DNA of 64,000 bases from a virus (Duplodnaviria > Heunggongvirae > Uroviricota > Caudoviricetes), in IMG/VR virus record IMGVR_UViG_3300042934_000212. One strand, written 5' to 3'. The notes under the pieces are model-generated. The model searched no databases. It had not been told where the DNA came from and worked only from the letters and a program-made list of their open reading frames with translations. Every line of letters begins with the position of its first letter. The stretch's first letter is position 1. Both the position numbers and the translations under genes were made by a program. Shown here piece after piece: positions 28,878-40,361 of the stretch.

Positions 28878-29732
28878 TTATAGTCCTTTAATATATTCTA
28901 GTACTTCAATCCATGATGGGAACTGCTCAGTTCCGAAATGCACGAAATGTCCTTCAAATGATTCACAGTTAGCTTTATGCTTACGGTCATCGATAAGAAC
29001 ATCTCCACGTAGACAACCTTTGTCTGACGTAATAATAACTTTAGCTAGTAACTCAGGTAAGTGCTCTGATAGCCAGTGTTTCTTTTCTGAATCAGCAAGT
29101 AAGTTGTGTGTTGGAGTTTTAGTTGCAATCCAAACATCGTGACCCATATTTATTAGCTCACGGACGGCTTCAATTGCCCCTTCAATCGGATCAAGACGGA
29201 TGTATGTACCTGGCATCATCTTGACTTCTTTAGGGTTACGCCCCTTAAGGTTCTTTTCAAAATCTGCAATAACACCATCCATATCAACATATATACGTAA
29301 TGGTTTGAATTCTACTACTTCATGATATACACGCTGTGCATGTGGGTATTCATGTCCATTTTCACAGATGGTTGGTCCTACTGGATTACGTGCACAATTA
29401 ACACCTTCAGCGTCACAAACTGGACAGTACCCTAGTACGTTTTTAATCATAATTTTTATCATTTCCGATTTTGTGAATAATCCAACAAACCAAGAATCTT
29501 CATCTTCTTCAGTATTTCGCATATACAAATAAATCTTAGTGGCTAAATCCAGCCATGAATCTATTTTGTTTCTAATACTATAAGTAGATCTTAGTACTGC
29601 TAAGTTTTCACGATGGCTTTTATCTTCAAAGGTATAATCTTTAAGGTATTGATCAATTTCTTCTAATTTATTTTCACCAATCATCGTCATAATGTATTCT
29701 ATCATTTGACGAGCTTTTTTACGGTCATCCAT
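28878..29732 (-). CDS. multi-domain protein with a C-terminal HAD 5'(3')-deoxyribonucleotidase
   Basis: IYVDMDGVIADF...K..W...GDVLIDDR; central CPVC...CENGH Zn-ribbon; N-terminal helical domain. Confidence 0.8.
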   Translation of the reverse strand: MDDRKKARQMIEYIMTMIGENKLEEIDQYLKDYTFEDKSHRENLAVLRSTYSIRNKIDSWLDLATKIYLYMRNTEEDEDSWFVGLFTKSEMIKIMIKNVLGYCPVCDAEGVNCARNPVGPTICENGHEYPHAQRVYHEVVEFKPLRIYVDMDGVIADFEKNLKGRNPKEVKMMPGTYIRLDPIEGAIEAVRELINMGHDVWIATKTPTHNLLADSEKKHWLSEHLPELLAKVIITSDKGCLRGDVLIDDRKHKANCESFEGHFVHFGTEQFPSWIEVLEYIKGL

Positions 29733-30369
29733 TACTCTCATCCTCTGGTGGACGAGGATTAAACATTGGCGGAATAATACCACGAGGTTTTACGCCTTTG
29801 CTAATATCACTTCGAATCCAGTCATGTTGCCGAACTTCTTTACTAAACTCACCAAACTGGTATTCATTAAGCTGTACTAATTTAGATTCAGGATAAATGA
29901 AAACATATCCCCGATCCCAATCAGTACCTTTGTATGCACCAGTTACTGGTGTGCTAGGACGTGGACCCATTGTTAAAAAGGTTTTACTAGCTGGAATAAC
30001 AACTTCCATATCAAGATCGTATCTTAGAAGTTGTTCTATTAATTCTTGTACTGTCATCATTTCACCATTGGTTTTCACATTCAATAAAACCCAAGGATTC
30101 GATGAATTGTGTCAGTATACTAATAATAGTATTAAGTTTTTCTTCAACTTCTGGTGTTACTTTGATGTAAAAATAATTATCGTTTAATTGTAAATCTATA
30201 CACGTTTCTATACGTATATTAAACTGTTTAAGATAATTACAAAATTCTGTATATCTTGATGTAGATTCTAATTTTTCTGCATATTCAATTGAGCTAATAC
30301 GAACATCAATTAATTGAATTTCATTAAATCCAAATGTACTCATGTAAATCTCCAAATAAAAAAGACGCC

Positions 30370-30843
30370 TTAAGCGTCTTCTTTTTCTAAAATTGTTTCA
30401 TCCCAAATCAGTGCATGTTTAGACCAGAATTCATTTGCTTCATGGGCTTCTTCATACTCAAGTTTAGGATCATGCACTTCTTTAGTTGCCAGACCACCAA
30501 TATAAGCAGTCAGTAACGTATAGCCATAGTTTTCACTATTTGGAGTACGTTTCATAATAACAACTACAGTACTGCAAGGTTCTGCTTGACGATTCATTAC
30601 GAAGCGTGTCGGATATTTGCGACCTAAACGCGTAGCATAACGGAATTGATCATTAATGTGTACCTGTACGCAAGTACTGTGTCCGATTACGTGGTCGAAC
30701 TGCACGGCTAATTTAATAAATGGTGCATCATTAGTATCGATGCGACTCATGGCTTCTTCCAGATGTTCTGTAACATCGGCATGTACCTTGAGGTGATATT
30801 TGCTGTAATAAACCCTGTGACCATCTTTAGTAATTAATTTCAT
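30370..30843 (-). CDS. conserved phage hypothetical protein
   Basis: IG.STCV...YA.R.GR...TRFV..R..EP...L.TAYIG...FW..HAL pattern. Confidence 0.65.
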   Translation of the reverse strand: MKLITKDGHRVYYSKYHLKVHADVTEHLEEAMSRIDTNDAPFIKLAVQFDHVIGHSTCVQVHINDQFRYATRLGRKYPTRFVMNRQAEPCSTVVVIMKRTPNSENYGYTLLTAYIGGLATKEVHDPKLEYEEAHEANEFWSKHALIWDETILEKEDA

Positions 30844-30909
30844 AGAAAAAGCCCTAATGATTTCAATAGGGCTATTCTACAGGCACGGTCATGGGAAGTC
30901 AATATAAAT

Positions 30910-30982
30910 TTGCGAGATCACACGGAATCGAACCGAAGACTGCCGAGGACTATCGACCATTATTCCACTTAACTATAATCTC
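30910..30982 (-). pseudogene. degenerate tRNA (Asp(GTC)-like)
   Basis: Acceptor, D and T arms present, but the anticodon loop is 6 nt (TAGTCC) and the T stem is mismatched. Confidence 0.5.
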
Positions 30983-30985
30983 AAT

Positions 30986-31059
30986 TTGCAGGAGATGTAG
31001 GAATCGAACCCACCTGGACGGATTTGGAATCCGCTGCCTGACCAATCGGCAAATCTCCT
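30986..31059 (-). tRNA. tRNA-Trp(CCA)
   Basis: GCGGA-TTCCAAA-TCCGT; G73; 3' end CAA. Confidence 0.88.
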
Positions 31060-31116
31060 AATCGAGAGAGGGGGGAAGTACTATTAGGTACTAACAAAGT
31101 CCTCTCTCTGTGTTAC

Positions 31117-32337
31117 TTATTTACCGTCAAACATTGATTCGATAACATCTGGAGTTTCAGTTTTTACAAACTTAGCATGTAGATGATAATCACCGAATGT
31201 ACGGGAAACTGTGATACTAGAGTTAGTTACTAGAGTATCAGCTTTATCGAACTCAAGAGTGAAGAAGTATTCAAGTTCTTTTACTGCAACTTCTTCAGTA
31301 TCTTCATCTTCAGAATCTGTTGTAGAAGGTGCTGAAATTGCAACTTCTTCGTCTTCATCATACCAGTCAGTCTGATGTAGACGTGCACCTAGTGCAGCTA
31401 GCTCTTTCAAGCGTGTACCTTCATCAGCATAGACGTATGCACGAAGTTGTTCGTACTTAGCCATGAATGAGAAAGTAGTGAAGTTGTTGGTGTATTCTTC
31501 ATCGAACTTGAATGGAACACCATTCAAAGATAGTTCAGATAGAACGAATGCATTACCTTCACGTGCTTCAACTTCTACGTTTAGTTCTTTAAACGTTTCA
31601 GTAAAGGTTTGAGTTGGGTAACGGTTAAGTTCTTCAACCAAACACTGAATAATGTCAAAGCTTAGAGTTTCAGCCACATCCCATAGTGTTTCGAACTGTG
31701 GAATGAAATTCTTGTTAACCAACTTGTCATTTAGAAGATCTAGCATAACAGGTTTAGCTAGTTTCTTGTACTCGAAGTGGTAGAAGATACGGCTTGGACG
31801 GTTACATAGGAACTCGGAAACCTGACGTTTGTTAGAGGTTAGGATGTACAACTTGTTGTACGAACCAGTACCGTCTAGTAGAGTTAGGATTGATTCCTGG
31901 TGCTCACGCTCAATATATACCTTTTCGAACTCATCAAAAAGAATTAGTGCTTTGTCTTCAATTGCTTTGATGAAGTTGATGAAATTACCACAGGTGTAAC
32001 GGTTCTGAACGATAATGGTTGGAATACCCATTTCGATTAAAGCTAGACTTACATCTTTCGCTAGTTGAGTTTTACCTGAACCTTTTGTACCACTTAGTAG
32101 TACACCAGTGTTTTTACCTTCACGAGACAGATAAGTATTAATTACTTTCTGATTACGTGCGGTCATTTCACCATAAACTTTAGCAGGGCGTGTGAACATT
32201 GGAGAACTTTGTAGGAAGAATTCGCCAGTACGGGGATCTTGCTCTACAGTGTATGCTCCTGCTGGAATTTTATCAATCTTGTTGCCAAACTCGTGAGCAA
32301 TGTTGATGATTTCGCCGCTTTGATTATATTGAGTCAT
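31117..32337 (-). CDS. AAA+ ATPase
   Basis: Walker A GTKGSGKT, Walker B LILFDEFEK, LTSN, NRPSR arginine finger. Confidence 0.88.
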   Translation of the reverse strand: MTQYNQSGEIINIAHEFGNKIDKIPAGAYTVEQDPRTGEFFLQSSPMFTRPAKVYGEMTARNQKVINTYLSREGKNTGVLLSGTKGSGKTQLAKDVSLALIEMGIPTIIVQNRYTCGNFINFIKAIEDKALILFDEFEKVYIEREHQESILTLLDGTGSYNKLYILTSNKRQVSEFLCNRPSRIFYHFEYKKLAKPVMLDLLNDKLVNKNFIPQFETLWDVAETLSFDIIQCLVEELNRYPTQTFTETFKELNVEVEAREGNAFVLSELSLNGVPFKFDEEYTNNFTTFSFMAKYEQLRAYVYADEGTRLKELAALGARLHQTDWYDEDEEVAISAPSTTDSEDEDTEEVAVKELEYFFTLEFDKADTLVTNSSITVSRTFGDYHLHAKFVKTETPDVIESMFDGK

Positions 32338-32405
32338 TATAAATCCTGAATTAGTTATTTTTAAGTTTACTAACAAGTACCCAACGGCGTCGAGTACTTA
32401 ATTTT

Positions 32406-33677
32406 TTATTTGTTTAAAATACGTAGTTCAACAGCTTTGTTAAAGAAAATATCATAAATGTCTAGTGGATCTTCACGCCATGACCATTCACCCGGTTGAA
32501 TGACAATCATTTCTGAATCACCCATTTTGTCGATGATTGGCTGCAAACGTTTGTCAGCTTCATCATCATACCACTCATCATACCGAGCTTTTAGTTGAGT
32601 TAGAGTTACTTCCTGCCAAAGTTCTTTATGAATTTTGGTAGCTATTGATTCATCATCACCCCAAGGTGAAGGAATCATTGAAATTGCATCTGCCATTTCA
32701 TGTAAGAATTGTGCATGAGCAGGTAGATCATGTTCCTGTCCCGAAGTCATGATTGGACGGTACATTAAGTTGTAAGTATACATTCCAATATTAAAGAAAC
32801 GTACTTCACAAACTGGACGTACCACACTTTCAAGTTCTTCTAGTGAAAGCTGAATATTATGAGCTTCAACATCATCATATTCTTCACTTTCTAGTTTCTT
32901 TTGTTCACGCAAGAAACGAGCCATGTACTTAACTGGATTGCGACGATTAACAATATATTCATAACGATGTGAATCGCTATCATACAATCCTGATACTTTT
33001 TCTTCGGCAGCAAATTCAGCAAGACGTTCTACCAGTTCAAGAATCTTTTCAGAATCTTCACCACCTAGTTTGTCTTTATGACGTTCTAGAACCTTTTCGT
33101 ACTCAATCTTAAAACACTGCTCATAAGTCATTGCTGTTTGAGAAGCAATTTCTTTGGCAATTTCATCTTCAAGGGTGAAGGTAGTGTAAATTGAATTACG
33201 GTTATCATCGAATTCATGATTCTCATAACTCTTAGCTTGCACAACATTGAAAATACTTTCATGTACTGCCATTGTTGCGATATAGCCTTTTTCTTTACCA
33301 TACTTCCTGACAAAGAAACGTCCACTATGTGTCATATTCTGAATAGTTTCAAAGTCTAAATCTTCAACTTTGACGCTCATATGGTCATGATATTCATTAT
33401 ATTTTACGCCAGGCTCTGGTACGTTCTCTAAGTATTCTTCTTTCAGTAAAGAAAGAATATACTTAGCTTCAACTGAATCTTCGTCGAACTCGTAGTTGTT
33501 ATAATCAGCGTAAGTTGCTTTTAATGCAATACCACCAACGATTTGAAAATTATCATGTGGATAACATTCGAAACCATTATGATCATCTGAATTTGACTTC
33601 AGAAAGAATAAACGTACTGCATCGCCTTCACGAATAGGAGTATGACTAATTGCACAAGTAGTGTTAAAAGAACCCAT
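32406..33677 (-). CDS. hypothetical protein (MGSFNxTCxxS family)
   Basis: 423-aa ORF. Confidence 0.65.
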   Translation of the reverse strand: MGSFNTTCAISHTPIREGDAVRLFFLKSNSDDHNGFECYPHDNFQIVGGIALKATYADYNNYEFDEDSVEAKYILSLLKEEYLENVPEPGVKYNEYHDHMSVKVEDLDFETIQNMTHSGRFFVRKYGKEKGYIATMAVHESIFNVVQAKSYENHEFDDNRNSIYTTFTLEDEIAKEIASQTAMTYEQCFKIEYEKVLERHKDKLGGEDSEKILELVERLAEFAAEEKVSGLYDSDSHRYEYIVNRRNPVKYMARFLREQKKLESEEYDDVEAHNIQLSLEELESVVRPVCEVRFFNIGMYTYNLMYRPIMTSGQEHDLPAHAQFLHEMADAISMIPSPWGDDESIATKIHKELWQEVTLTQLKARYDEWYDDEADKRLQPIIDKMGDSEMIVIQPGEWSWREDPLDIYDIFFNKAVELRILNK

Positions 33678-34501
33678 TAATTTTTACCAGAGTAATATTC
33701 TTGAATTACAGAAAAAAGTTTTAAGGTATCCATGTGATATAAACCAGAACCGTTCCAGCAATTGTATTCAACAATCTTAATGCCGTTTGGAGTTTCAGCT
33801 AAATCCATAGTGTAAATATCTGCTGGTTCATACAAAGGTGCATATTCGCTAGCAGCGTCTAAAACAGATTGTGGAATTACTGAACTATAAACAGTTCGGT
33901 TATCCCTGCGATATTGAGAACCAGATATTACTTCACCATTTAAACAGATGAAACGATATTCAGCTTCAATTTCAAGTACATCATGCACTAAAGCAGTTTC
34001 TTCAGCATAACCGCTACGATGGTAGTTGCTTTCTACGAAATACTTCAGTACTTCACCAGGTTCCATAATACCAGCAGTAAACGCTTTTAAGTCAGAACTT
34101 GGTTTAACAAATTTGGGTACACTGAATGATGCAAGTAAATCTTTATCATTATTCAGATTCAAAATCTCAGGTTTACTATTAAGTAATGGTAAATCCAACT
34201 TAGAATAATAAGCTTGATCGAACTTCTCTTGATTGTACGATATACCTAACCGAAGTTTAGCAATCAGTTCGTCACTTAGATTTTCAGGATGACCACTGTC
34301 AAGCATCTGAACAATCTTAGTACCGCCACGAACAATAAATGTATCCGATGGGTCTAAGTCATCAATACCAGTAATTGTACTGGTAAACGGAATTACACCG
34401 AACGTTACAAAATCATACCCCAAAGTTTTAAGGGGGATAACTTCATTTTCAATTGCATCATACAATCGGGCTGTATCTTGTACTAGCCACTTAATAGTCA
34501 T
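33677..34501 (-). CDS. ATP-grasp domain protein (DUF4343/R2K-like), paralog 2
   Basis: FVKP..DLKAFT, EYRF....G..I..S.Y, YTMDLAET..G.KIVEYNCWNGSGLY. Confidence 0.8.
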   Translation of the reverse strand: MTIKWLVQDTARLYDAIENEVIPLKTLGYDFVTFGVIPFTSTITGIDDLDPSDTFIVRGGTKIVQMLDSGHPENLSDELIAKLRLGISYNQEKFDQAYYSKLDLPLLNSKPEILNLNNDKDLLASFSVPKFVKPSSDLKAFTAGIMEPGEVLKYFVESNYHRSGYAEETALVHDVLEIEAEYRFICLNGEVISGSQYRRDNRTVYSSVIPQSVLDAASEYAPLYEPADIYTMDLAETPNGIKIVEYNCWNGSGLYHMDTLKLFSVIQEYYSGKN

Positions 34502-34965
34502 TATTCATCCACTAATATATTTCGTAGAATATCTACTACTGCCATCAACCCCAATGTAACATCGTCACACTGCATGAATATATTATAGCTTTCATGTTCA
34601 GTACATTTGTCATCTAACCAGATGGTTCCCTGAACTGAAATTCCAAACCACATGTCCATGTCGATACCACAAACTGAACCATCAAAACCGTGCGTTATTT
34701 CTGCACACAACTGGCTCACTAATGATGCATGAACTTCTGGATTGAAATCTGGCATGTAATCATGTAACCGTTGTTCCCAATATTTTTTATCTTCAGGGGA
34801 ACATGTACAAGCGAAATATGAATAATAATGATTTAATACATCAACATCTTCACTATCCCATTGCCGACCACGTTCTTTTTTAATACTTTGTTCATACGTT
34901 ACCGACTTATCAATTTCTTCATCCTGTTCACGAAGAAGGAATGATTCTGCTTTTACTAATTTCAT
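34501..34965 (-). CDS. hypothetical protein
   Basis: Start re-called at MKLVKAE because the longer ORF overlaps tRNA-Ser. Confidence 0.55.
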   Translation of the reverse strand: MKLVKAESFLLREQDEEIDKSVTYEQSIKKERGRQWDSEDVDVLNHYYSYFACTCSPEDKKYWEQRLHDYMPDFNPEVHASLVSQLCAEITHGFDGSVCGIDMDMWFGISVQGTIWLDDKCTEHESYNIFMQCDDVTLGLMAVVDILRNILVDE

Positions 34966-34984
34966 CTTTTTTATTCTCGTTATC

Positions 34985-35079
34985 TGGAGGTAGATGTGGG
35001 ATTCGAACCCACGAGCCGCTTTTAAGGGCGACTGCCTTCTTAGCAGGAAGGTGGTTTCATCCGTCTCACCCAATCTACC
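34985..35079 (-). tRNA. tRNA-Ser(GCT)
   Basis: CCTTC-CTGCTAA-GAAGG, long variable arm, CCA. Confidence 0.9.
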
Positions 35080-35089
35080 TTACACTCAT

Positions 35090-35120
35090 ATTATACCAGA
35101 TATTTTCCAATCGTTTCATT
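35090..35120 (-). promoter_or_regulatory. conserved phage promoter
   Basis: ATGAAA-CGATTGGAAAATATCTGG-TATAAT upstream of tRNA-Ser. Confidence 0.7.
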
Positions 35121-35840
35121 TTTCTTGAACATTTCTACAAGTTCATTTGAAATGCGTTCCAGCTCAATCAAGTTCTCACGAGTTAGATTTACCGATTGAA
35201 GTACTTCATCACTAACATCATCGATGCCAGTAAACTCTAGCAATCCAGAATTCTGCTCCAACAGATTGTTGGGATCAAATAATGAAAGCTTTACATCTTC
35301 GGAATCGAAAATAACCTGAATAAGTTGGTTACTCCAAATATCGAAGAAATGAACGTGGTTGTTATGCTTCGACAACAACATTGATGCAACAATATTACCT
35401 GAAAGGGTAACAGTACTGCTGAACAACATATATGGTTCACGAGTTACCGATGGATACAACGATAAGCTCTCGAACTCACTTTTAGAAGCAGCAATATTAT
35501 AACCAGTTAACGTATCGTATAAATTCATCCTAAACTCCGATAATAGTCAAGTACAGTTTGAATGTCTTCTTTGGTAATACCAAAGACTTCATCTGCATCT
35601 GATGCCAAAAACTGTTTGTAGTCAATCATAACAATGTTTTCACGATGAATAGGAACACCGTGATGAGGATTGAATAAGTGCATAGGGTACTGCACTGCGT
35701 CCAATTTCATATAATCTCTGGTGATCTTTAACTCATGGTCGATTGAACTGATGGTAAGAATTTCATTAACTCCATCATATCTTTCATACTTGGAGTAGTA
35801 TTCACCATTTAATAACGATTCAAAAATTGGACTCAACATA

Positions 35841-36218
35841 TCAAACCTCTGGATATTTTTTCTTAAAGATTGTTTTTACCAGTTCAATATCTTCGTAGCT
35901 CAATGCACCAAAGTTTCTTATTGTGCTTAACTGGAAAAACCATTCCTCAGAAATGTCACCATCAGGCAGATCATCTAATTCAATGTTACGCCCAACTGAT
36001 GAAAGAGTCAACTTATTTCCGTTATAAGATAAGCTAAAGTCGTCAGTACTCAATGATACGAACTTGTACGATTTTACAGCATCACCACTACAAATAATGG
36101 TCATCGCATCAGATGTAGCAGTTTTTGCTTCATAGCGTAGAACGCTATTTAAGGTAAACGTAAGCACATACTCTTGTATGTGCTCGATACCATCTAACAG
36201 ATTTTCGAAGGTACTCAT
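35841..36218 (-). CDS. hypothetical protein, 'EExxFQxxTV' paralog family
   Basis: SEEWFFQLSTI motif. Confidence 0.55.
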   Translation of the reverse strand: MSTFENLLDGIEHIQEYVLTFTLNSVLRYEAKTATSDAMTIICSGDAVKSYKFVSLSTDDFSLSYNGNKLTLSSVGRNIELDDLPDGDISEEWFFQLSTIRNFGALSYEDIELVKTIFKKKYPEV

Positions 36219-36542
36219 TGTACCTCGTATTCTGTCCAGTTACGCTGCTCTTTGGAAGCTGCTTTCTGTGCATCAGTACGGTTGTCTTCAAGACGTGAAA
36301 CCACATCTTTTAGTACCGCTACGTCAATAATACTATCCATATAATGCATATGGTCAGTATATCCAAATGCGTACTTCAGACCAATCCAAGCACGTTTGTA
36401 CCAAGAGTTGCGAATCTCCATAGAGAGATTGATACTGCAATGACCGATTTCGGAATCATCGCTTGCATCACCCGTATTCCACTGATGGATGTGTACTGCG
36501 TGTTCACGTGCATCACCACACTCACAACGGATAATATAACCT

Positions 36543-37534
36543 TTACTCTGCTTTACCATATCGCCCCGATTTAACAATAGTTTTAATGAACTCAATCATA
36601 TCATCACGAAATGATTCCCATGATGTTAGTCCATAAGTTTGTGTAATAGATACACTTTCTAACAGTTCATGGTCATCATTGTATACTTCAAATGCCACGA
36701 GGTCAGGAGAAATTTTGTTTTCTACCATTACGGCCCTGATAGCATCGATCATAACAACCTGACTGATACAGACATACTTATTCGTGTTAACAGGAATGTC
36801 CGTCAAAAATGCGGTTGCCTGACTTTTTAACTGTGCATCTGGAACAGCACATTCAGTGTTTGGCTTGTACATTACAATAAGCATTATAATAGTTTCATCA
36901 GCATTTGACAGTTATAGTCTGGATGGTCGAACCGACCTTCAAGACCGTGTGCGTAATTATAGTATCGATCAATTAATACAGTACTATGACCATCTGCATA
37001 AGGTATTACAAATACCATACGTGATGGGTCAGTGCCATTTTGCTTCATCGCATAACGAAAAGCAGTTAGCAAGAATTCACTACCTACCGTAATATCAAAA
37101 CGGTCTTTTTTAACCATTTCATCGGCGTAGTCCATCGATGCTTTATCTGCATGGGTAATACCAAGCATTTCGTCATAGCGAACGATGAAATCAAACTGTT
37201 CTAGGTTCATAATAAGACCTTATAGTAGTGGCATTAAAATATCGCTTATTAAATCTGGAATATTTGTATAATCAGACAAGCGATAGTTATCAGTTAACGT
37301 AACACGTTGTGAATTAATATCATCAATTACAATATCAATTGTCATGTTTGTATGTGCAATTTCATGTTGCTTCATGTATGAACGTAATGAAGTTAAAAAC
37401 AGATCTTGACAAGCATGAACGTAGAATACGTCTTCAGTACTTCCATGCGAGATCACAATTTGTTCAGCTAATGATAAGATCTGCACATCATTATATGCAA
37501 CATTACCATTTTTATCATAAATCACATGAATCAT
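36543..37534 (-). other. three tandem related small ORFs (36543-36884, 36884-37210, 37220-37534)
   Basis: Each has (I/V)xY...D...(I/L)xx(I/F/L)RxxM...I...Y and ends in a hydrophobic L/I pair. Confidence 0.5.
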
Positions 37535-38269
37535 ATAAAACCTCAGAAATACGGTGGTGGTTCTGGTAATAAACCTAAATCAGCAGAGTTATAATGATAT
37601 GCAAAGATGAAATTACCATCCTGGTTAATCTTATAGACGTTGTGAATATTAGGAAAACCAATGCGAACATAACCAGATTTATGATCACGTTTAGCAAACA
37701 TTTCAGCCAGTGCACGAGTGGGATAGATATTGTAGAAGCGACGATATGCATCCACATCATGTTTATCTTCATACAACCGATTAAACTGCAAGCCCGTTTT
37801 GTACTGTTCTTCTGTCAGTTCTTCGGATTTATTTCGACGACAGTCAAGCATATGAACCCATGAATTGTTTTCTTCAAACAATGCCTTGGCTTCATCAATG
37901 TCATATGTACCGGCGAAGTACTCCCAAAAGTCAATCCCAAGACCACTAGCATCAGTTTCATTCACGCGAAAGTAATTCATTTTTATTCCTCTCAATTAAA
38001 AGTACCGATTTCTCGGTACATGGACATTATACAGATTGTAGCGTAGTTGTCCAGTCTTTTCCTTCAAGATCCAGTACACCAAGCTCGTACATGTCTGTTC
38101 CATTTGGGTTATCCCAAAATTGCAGTTCCAAATCAGCTACTGGTTCTTCTTCATAACCAAGAAACTTACCGGATAGATCAGTTGCAATGAAATGGATGCT
38201 TTCTGGTACATGTACTTCAATGTCGAAGTAAGTTGCCACTTTCATTTTAGTTAGTTCTAGTACTTTCAC

Positions 38270-39073
38270 TTAATTACCTTTACGCCATTGATACCATCCG
38301 TAGACGGAATTTAATAAAAACATAATCCACATTGCCAGTACAGCAAAGCCCTGTGTCTGATGATGCATTACAGCAATAACCCACATTGCAACGGCAACGC
38401 TGTTAACCATAATCCACACTAACCATTGTTCTGCATAACGCATTACCATTAAGGTAGTTGCAACTACACTCAGAATAGATGTAGCCGAATCCAATCCTGG
38501 TGTTGCACCTTCTAAGAAACGAAGGAAGAAAGCATATGCTGCGATTGCAGTTGCAGTGCCGATGAATAAACAAACGCGTTGTTTAGTCGTCATTACCTTT
38601 TTGATAACGTCCGTATTACCGTCTTTGCTATTTTGAATCCAGTAGTAATAACCAGAAACTTGCATAGGGAAGAATAGCAATGCATAGGTAATAGTTTCAC
38701 CGTAGAAGCGATATTGATACGAAATTAAAATGTATAATCCAGTACCGACGAAGCCCCAAACATACGAACTAATCTTACCTTTAGCTACCAGTATTGCACC
38801 GATGATACTTACTGCTGAACAGATGTATTCCAGATTGGAACTACCCATCGAAATACTAATGATCGTAATTGCAATTGGTGCCGCAAAAAGCCATGCGTAT
38901 TCTTTGTATGACCAACCAACAAAATCAGTGGCACAAGTACTAAGAACTTCAGAAAGCTTCAGACCAGTACCTGCAATACGGTAGATATACAAACCACATA
39001 CAACCAAAAGGAATACTGCATATCCCATCAATAGTGATGGTGACAAATTAAGACTTGTTACCAGTGCGTTCAT
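38270..39073 (-). CDS. pnuC: nicotinamide riboside transporter PnuC
   Basis: Multi-TM protein; AKGKISSY.WG, LDSATSILSVVA..LM..RY.EQW..W motifs. Confidence 0.9.
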   Translation of the reverse strand: MNALVTSLNLSPSLLMGYAVFLLVVCGLYIYRIAGTGLKLSEVLSTCATDFVGWSYKEYAWLFAAPIAITIISISMGSSNLEYICSAVSIIGAILVAKGKISSYVWGFVGTGLYILISYQYRFYGETITYALLFFPMQVSGYYYWIQNSKDGNTDVIKKVMTTKQRVCLFIGTATAIAAYAFFLRFLEGATPGLDSATSILSVVATTLMVMRYAEQWLVWIMVNSVAVAMWVIAVMHHQTQGFAVLAMWIMFLLNSVYGWYQWRKGN

Positions 39074-39078
39074 TTTTA

Positions 39079-40113
39079 TTAACTCTGAAGTAATAAGTTG
39101 TTGATTAACTCAACGGAACTATTAAAGCGTTGATTGAAGTCACCGCTAATAGTGGTATATTTTACACCGTGTGCTTTACAAAGAAACTGTAATAAGTTAT
39201 AAGTTTCTTTTCGGCGTTGATCGTCGCTATTCAAGCGTAATGCATCATACACCCAAGGCACATCAATGTCAAGCATAATTACCAAATCATATTCTTCAGC
39301 GTTTGCCATTTGGCTTAGTACGGGGCTTGACTTACCCATACATTCAGCACTGAACAAAGTGATAAGATTGTTGGTATCACTGATCATTACTTTGTTGGCA
39401 GTTTTAGCAATCTTATGTTCTTTTACCTTATGCTCCATAGCAACATAAATGTAGTCTTCAATATTCATCATATCTTCCGACCAGTGGTATTCAGATTCAC
39501 AGATTGTACGACCAACTTCTTCAACATACTGAGTGTTGAAATGATTTGCAAGATTGATTGCTAATGTACTTTTACCAGTACTTTCAACACCAATAATACA
39601 AACTTTCTTCACAAAGTGTTTGTGTGCGGCATTGGCAATGTAATCCCAATACAAATAAGGATTACTGCGAACACGAGTTGCACTAATATCTACAAACTTA
39701 CGTTCAGGATCAATAAGTACATGTTCAGAAACAGGCCAATGTACATCGAAGTAATCATTATAAATTACTTCTGAACTAAACACCTTATGGATATTATGTT
39801 CACCAGCCTGGTACAATGCTCCACGTACAATTGTAGTGAAATCCTGTGAACCTTCTGGATATGACTGTATGGGTGTTTCATCAACTACCAGTACTTTAAT
39901 CTTCTGCATATGTTTAAAAGTATCTTTCAACCACATTAAACGATTACGTTTATTCAGAATCTTTTGAAGTTCAGGTGTTAAGGTACTTTGAAACTTTTCA
40001 TCCCAACACAATACAACATATAGAGTATCTACCATTGTAGATGCTTTTAATATTGCAGAAATGTGTCCAGTAGTTAAAGGTGCAAACTTACCGAAAAATA
40101 AACCATTTACCAT
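39079..40113 (-). CDS. nadR: NadR-like NMN adenylyltransferase / ribosylnicotinamide kinase
   Basis: GKFAPLTTGH (HxGH-like), ISATRVR, GVESTGKSTL P-loop; no HTH domain. Confidence 0.9.
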   Translation of the reverse strand: MVNGLFFGKFAPLTTGHISAILKASTMVDTLYVVLCWDEKFQSTLTPELQKILNKRNRLMWLKDTFKHMQKIKVLVVDETPIQSYPEGSQDFTTIVRGALYQAGEHNIHKVFSSEVIYNDYFDVHWPVSEHVLIDPERKFVDISATRVRSNPYLYWDYIANAAHKHFVKKVCIIGVESTGKSTLAINLANHFNTQYVEEVGRTICESEYHWSEDMMNIEDYIYVAMEHKVKEHKIAKTANKVMISDTNNLITLFSAECMGKSSPVLSQMANAEEYDLVIMLDIDVPWVYDALRLNSDDQRRKETYNLLQFLCKAHGVKYTTISGDFNQRFNSSVELINNLLLQS

Positions 40114-40361
40114 GTTACTTTCCTAGTACAGAAGTCTGCACATATACTTTGTGCTTACTGCGTTTTGGTAAGGTATCAATTTTATCCTGCTTCGCTTTAA
40201 GTGCGAGGACTTCATCGAAGTAAACGCCAATAACATCATCACACTCATTGTGTGAACTACCTTTACGAATAACGCAGTAAACCGGAATTTCACCCTCTGA
40301 AGGTGTAGAGTTTACGATACCTTCAAAGATCATTTGTGCAATTTTAGATGATGCTTGCATG

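Noticed and set aside
4401-35073. N-terminal extensions of ORFs 4401-4706, 10465-10737, 26868-27281, 34501-35073, and ORF 13467-13661
   Set aside because: They run through tRNA genes. The true starts are downstream (4625, 10692, 27203, 34965) or the ORF is spurious.
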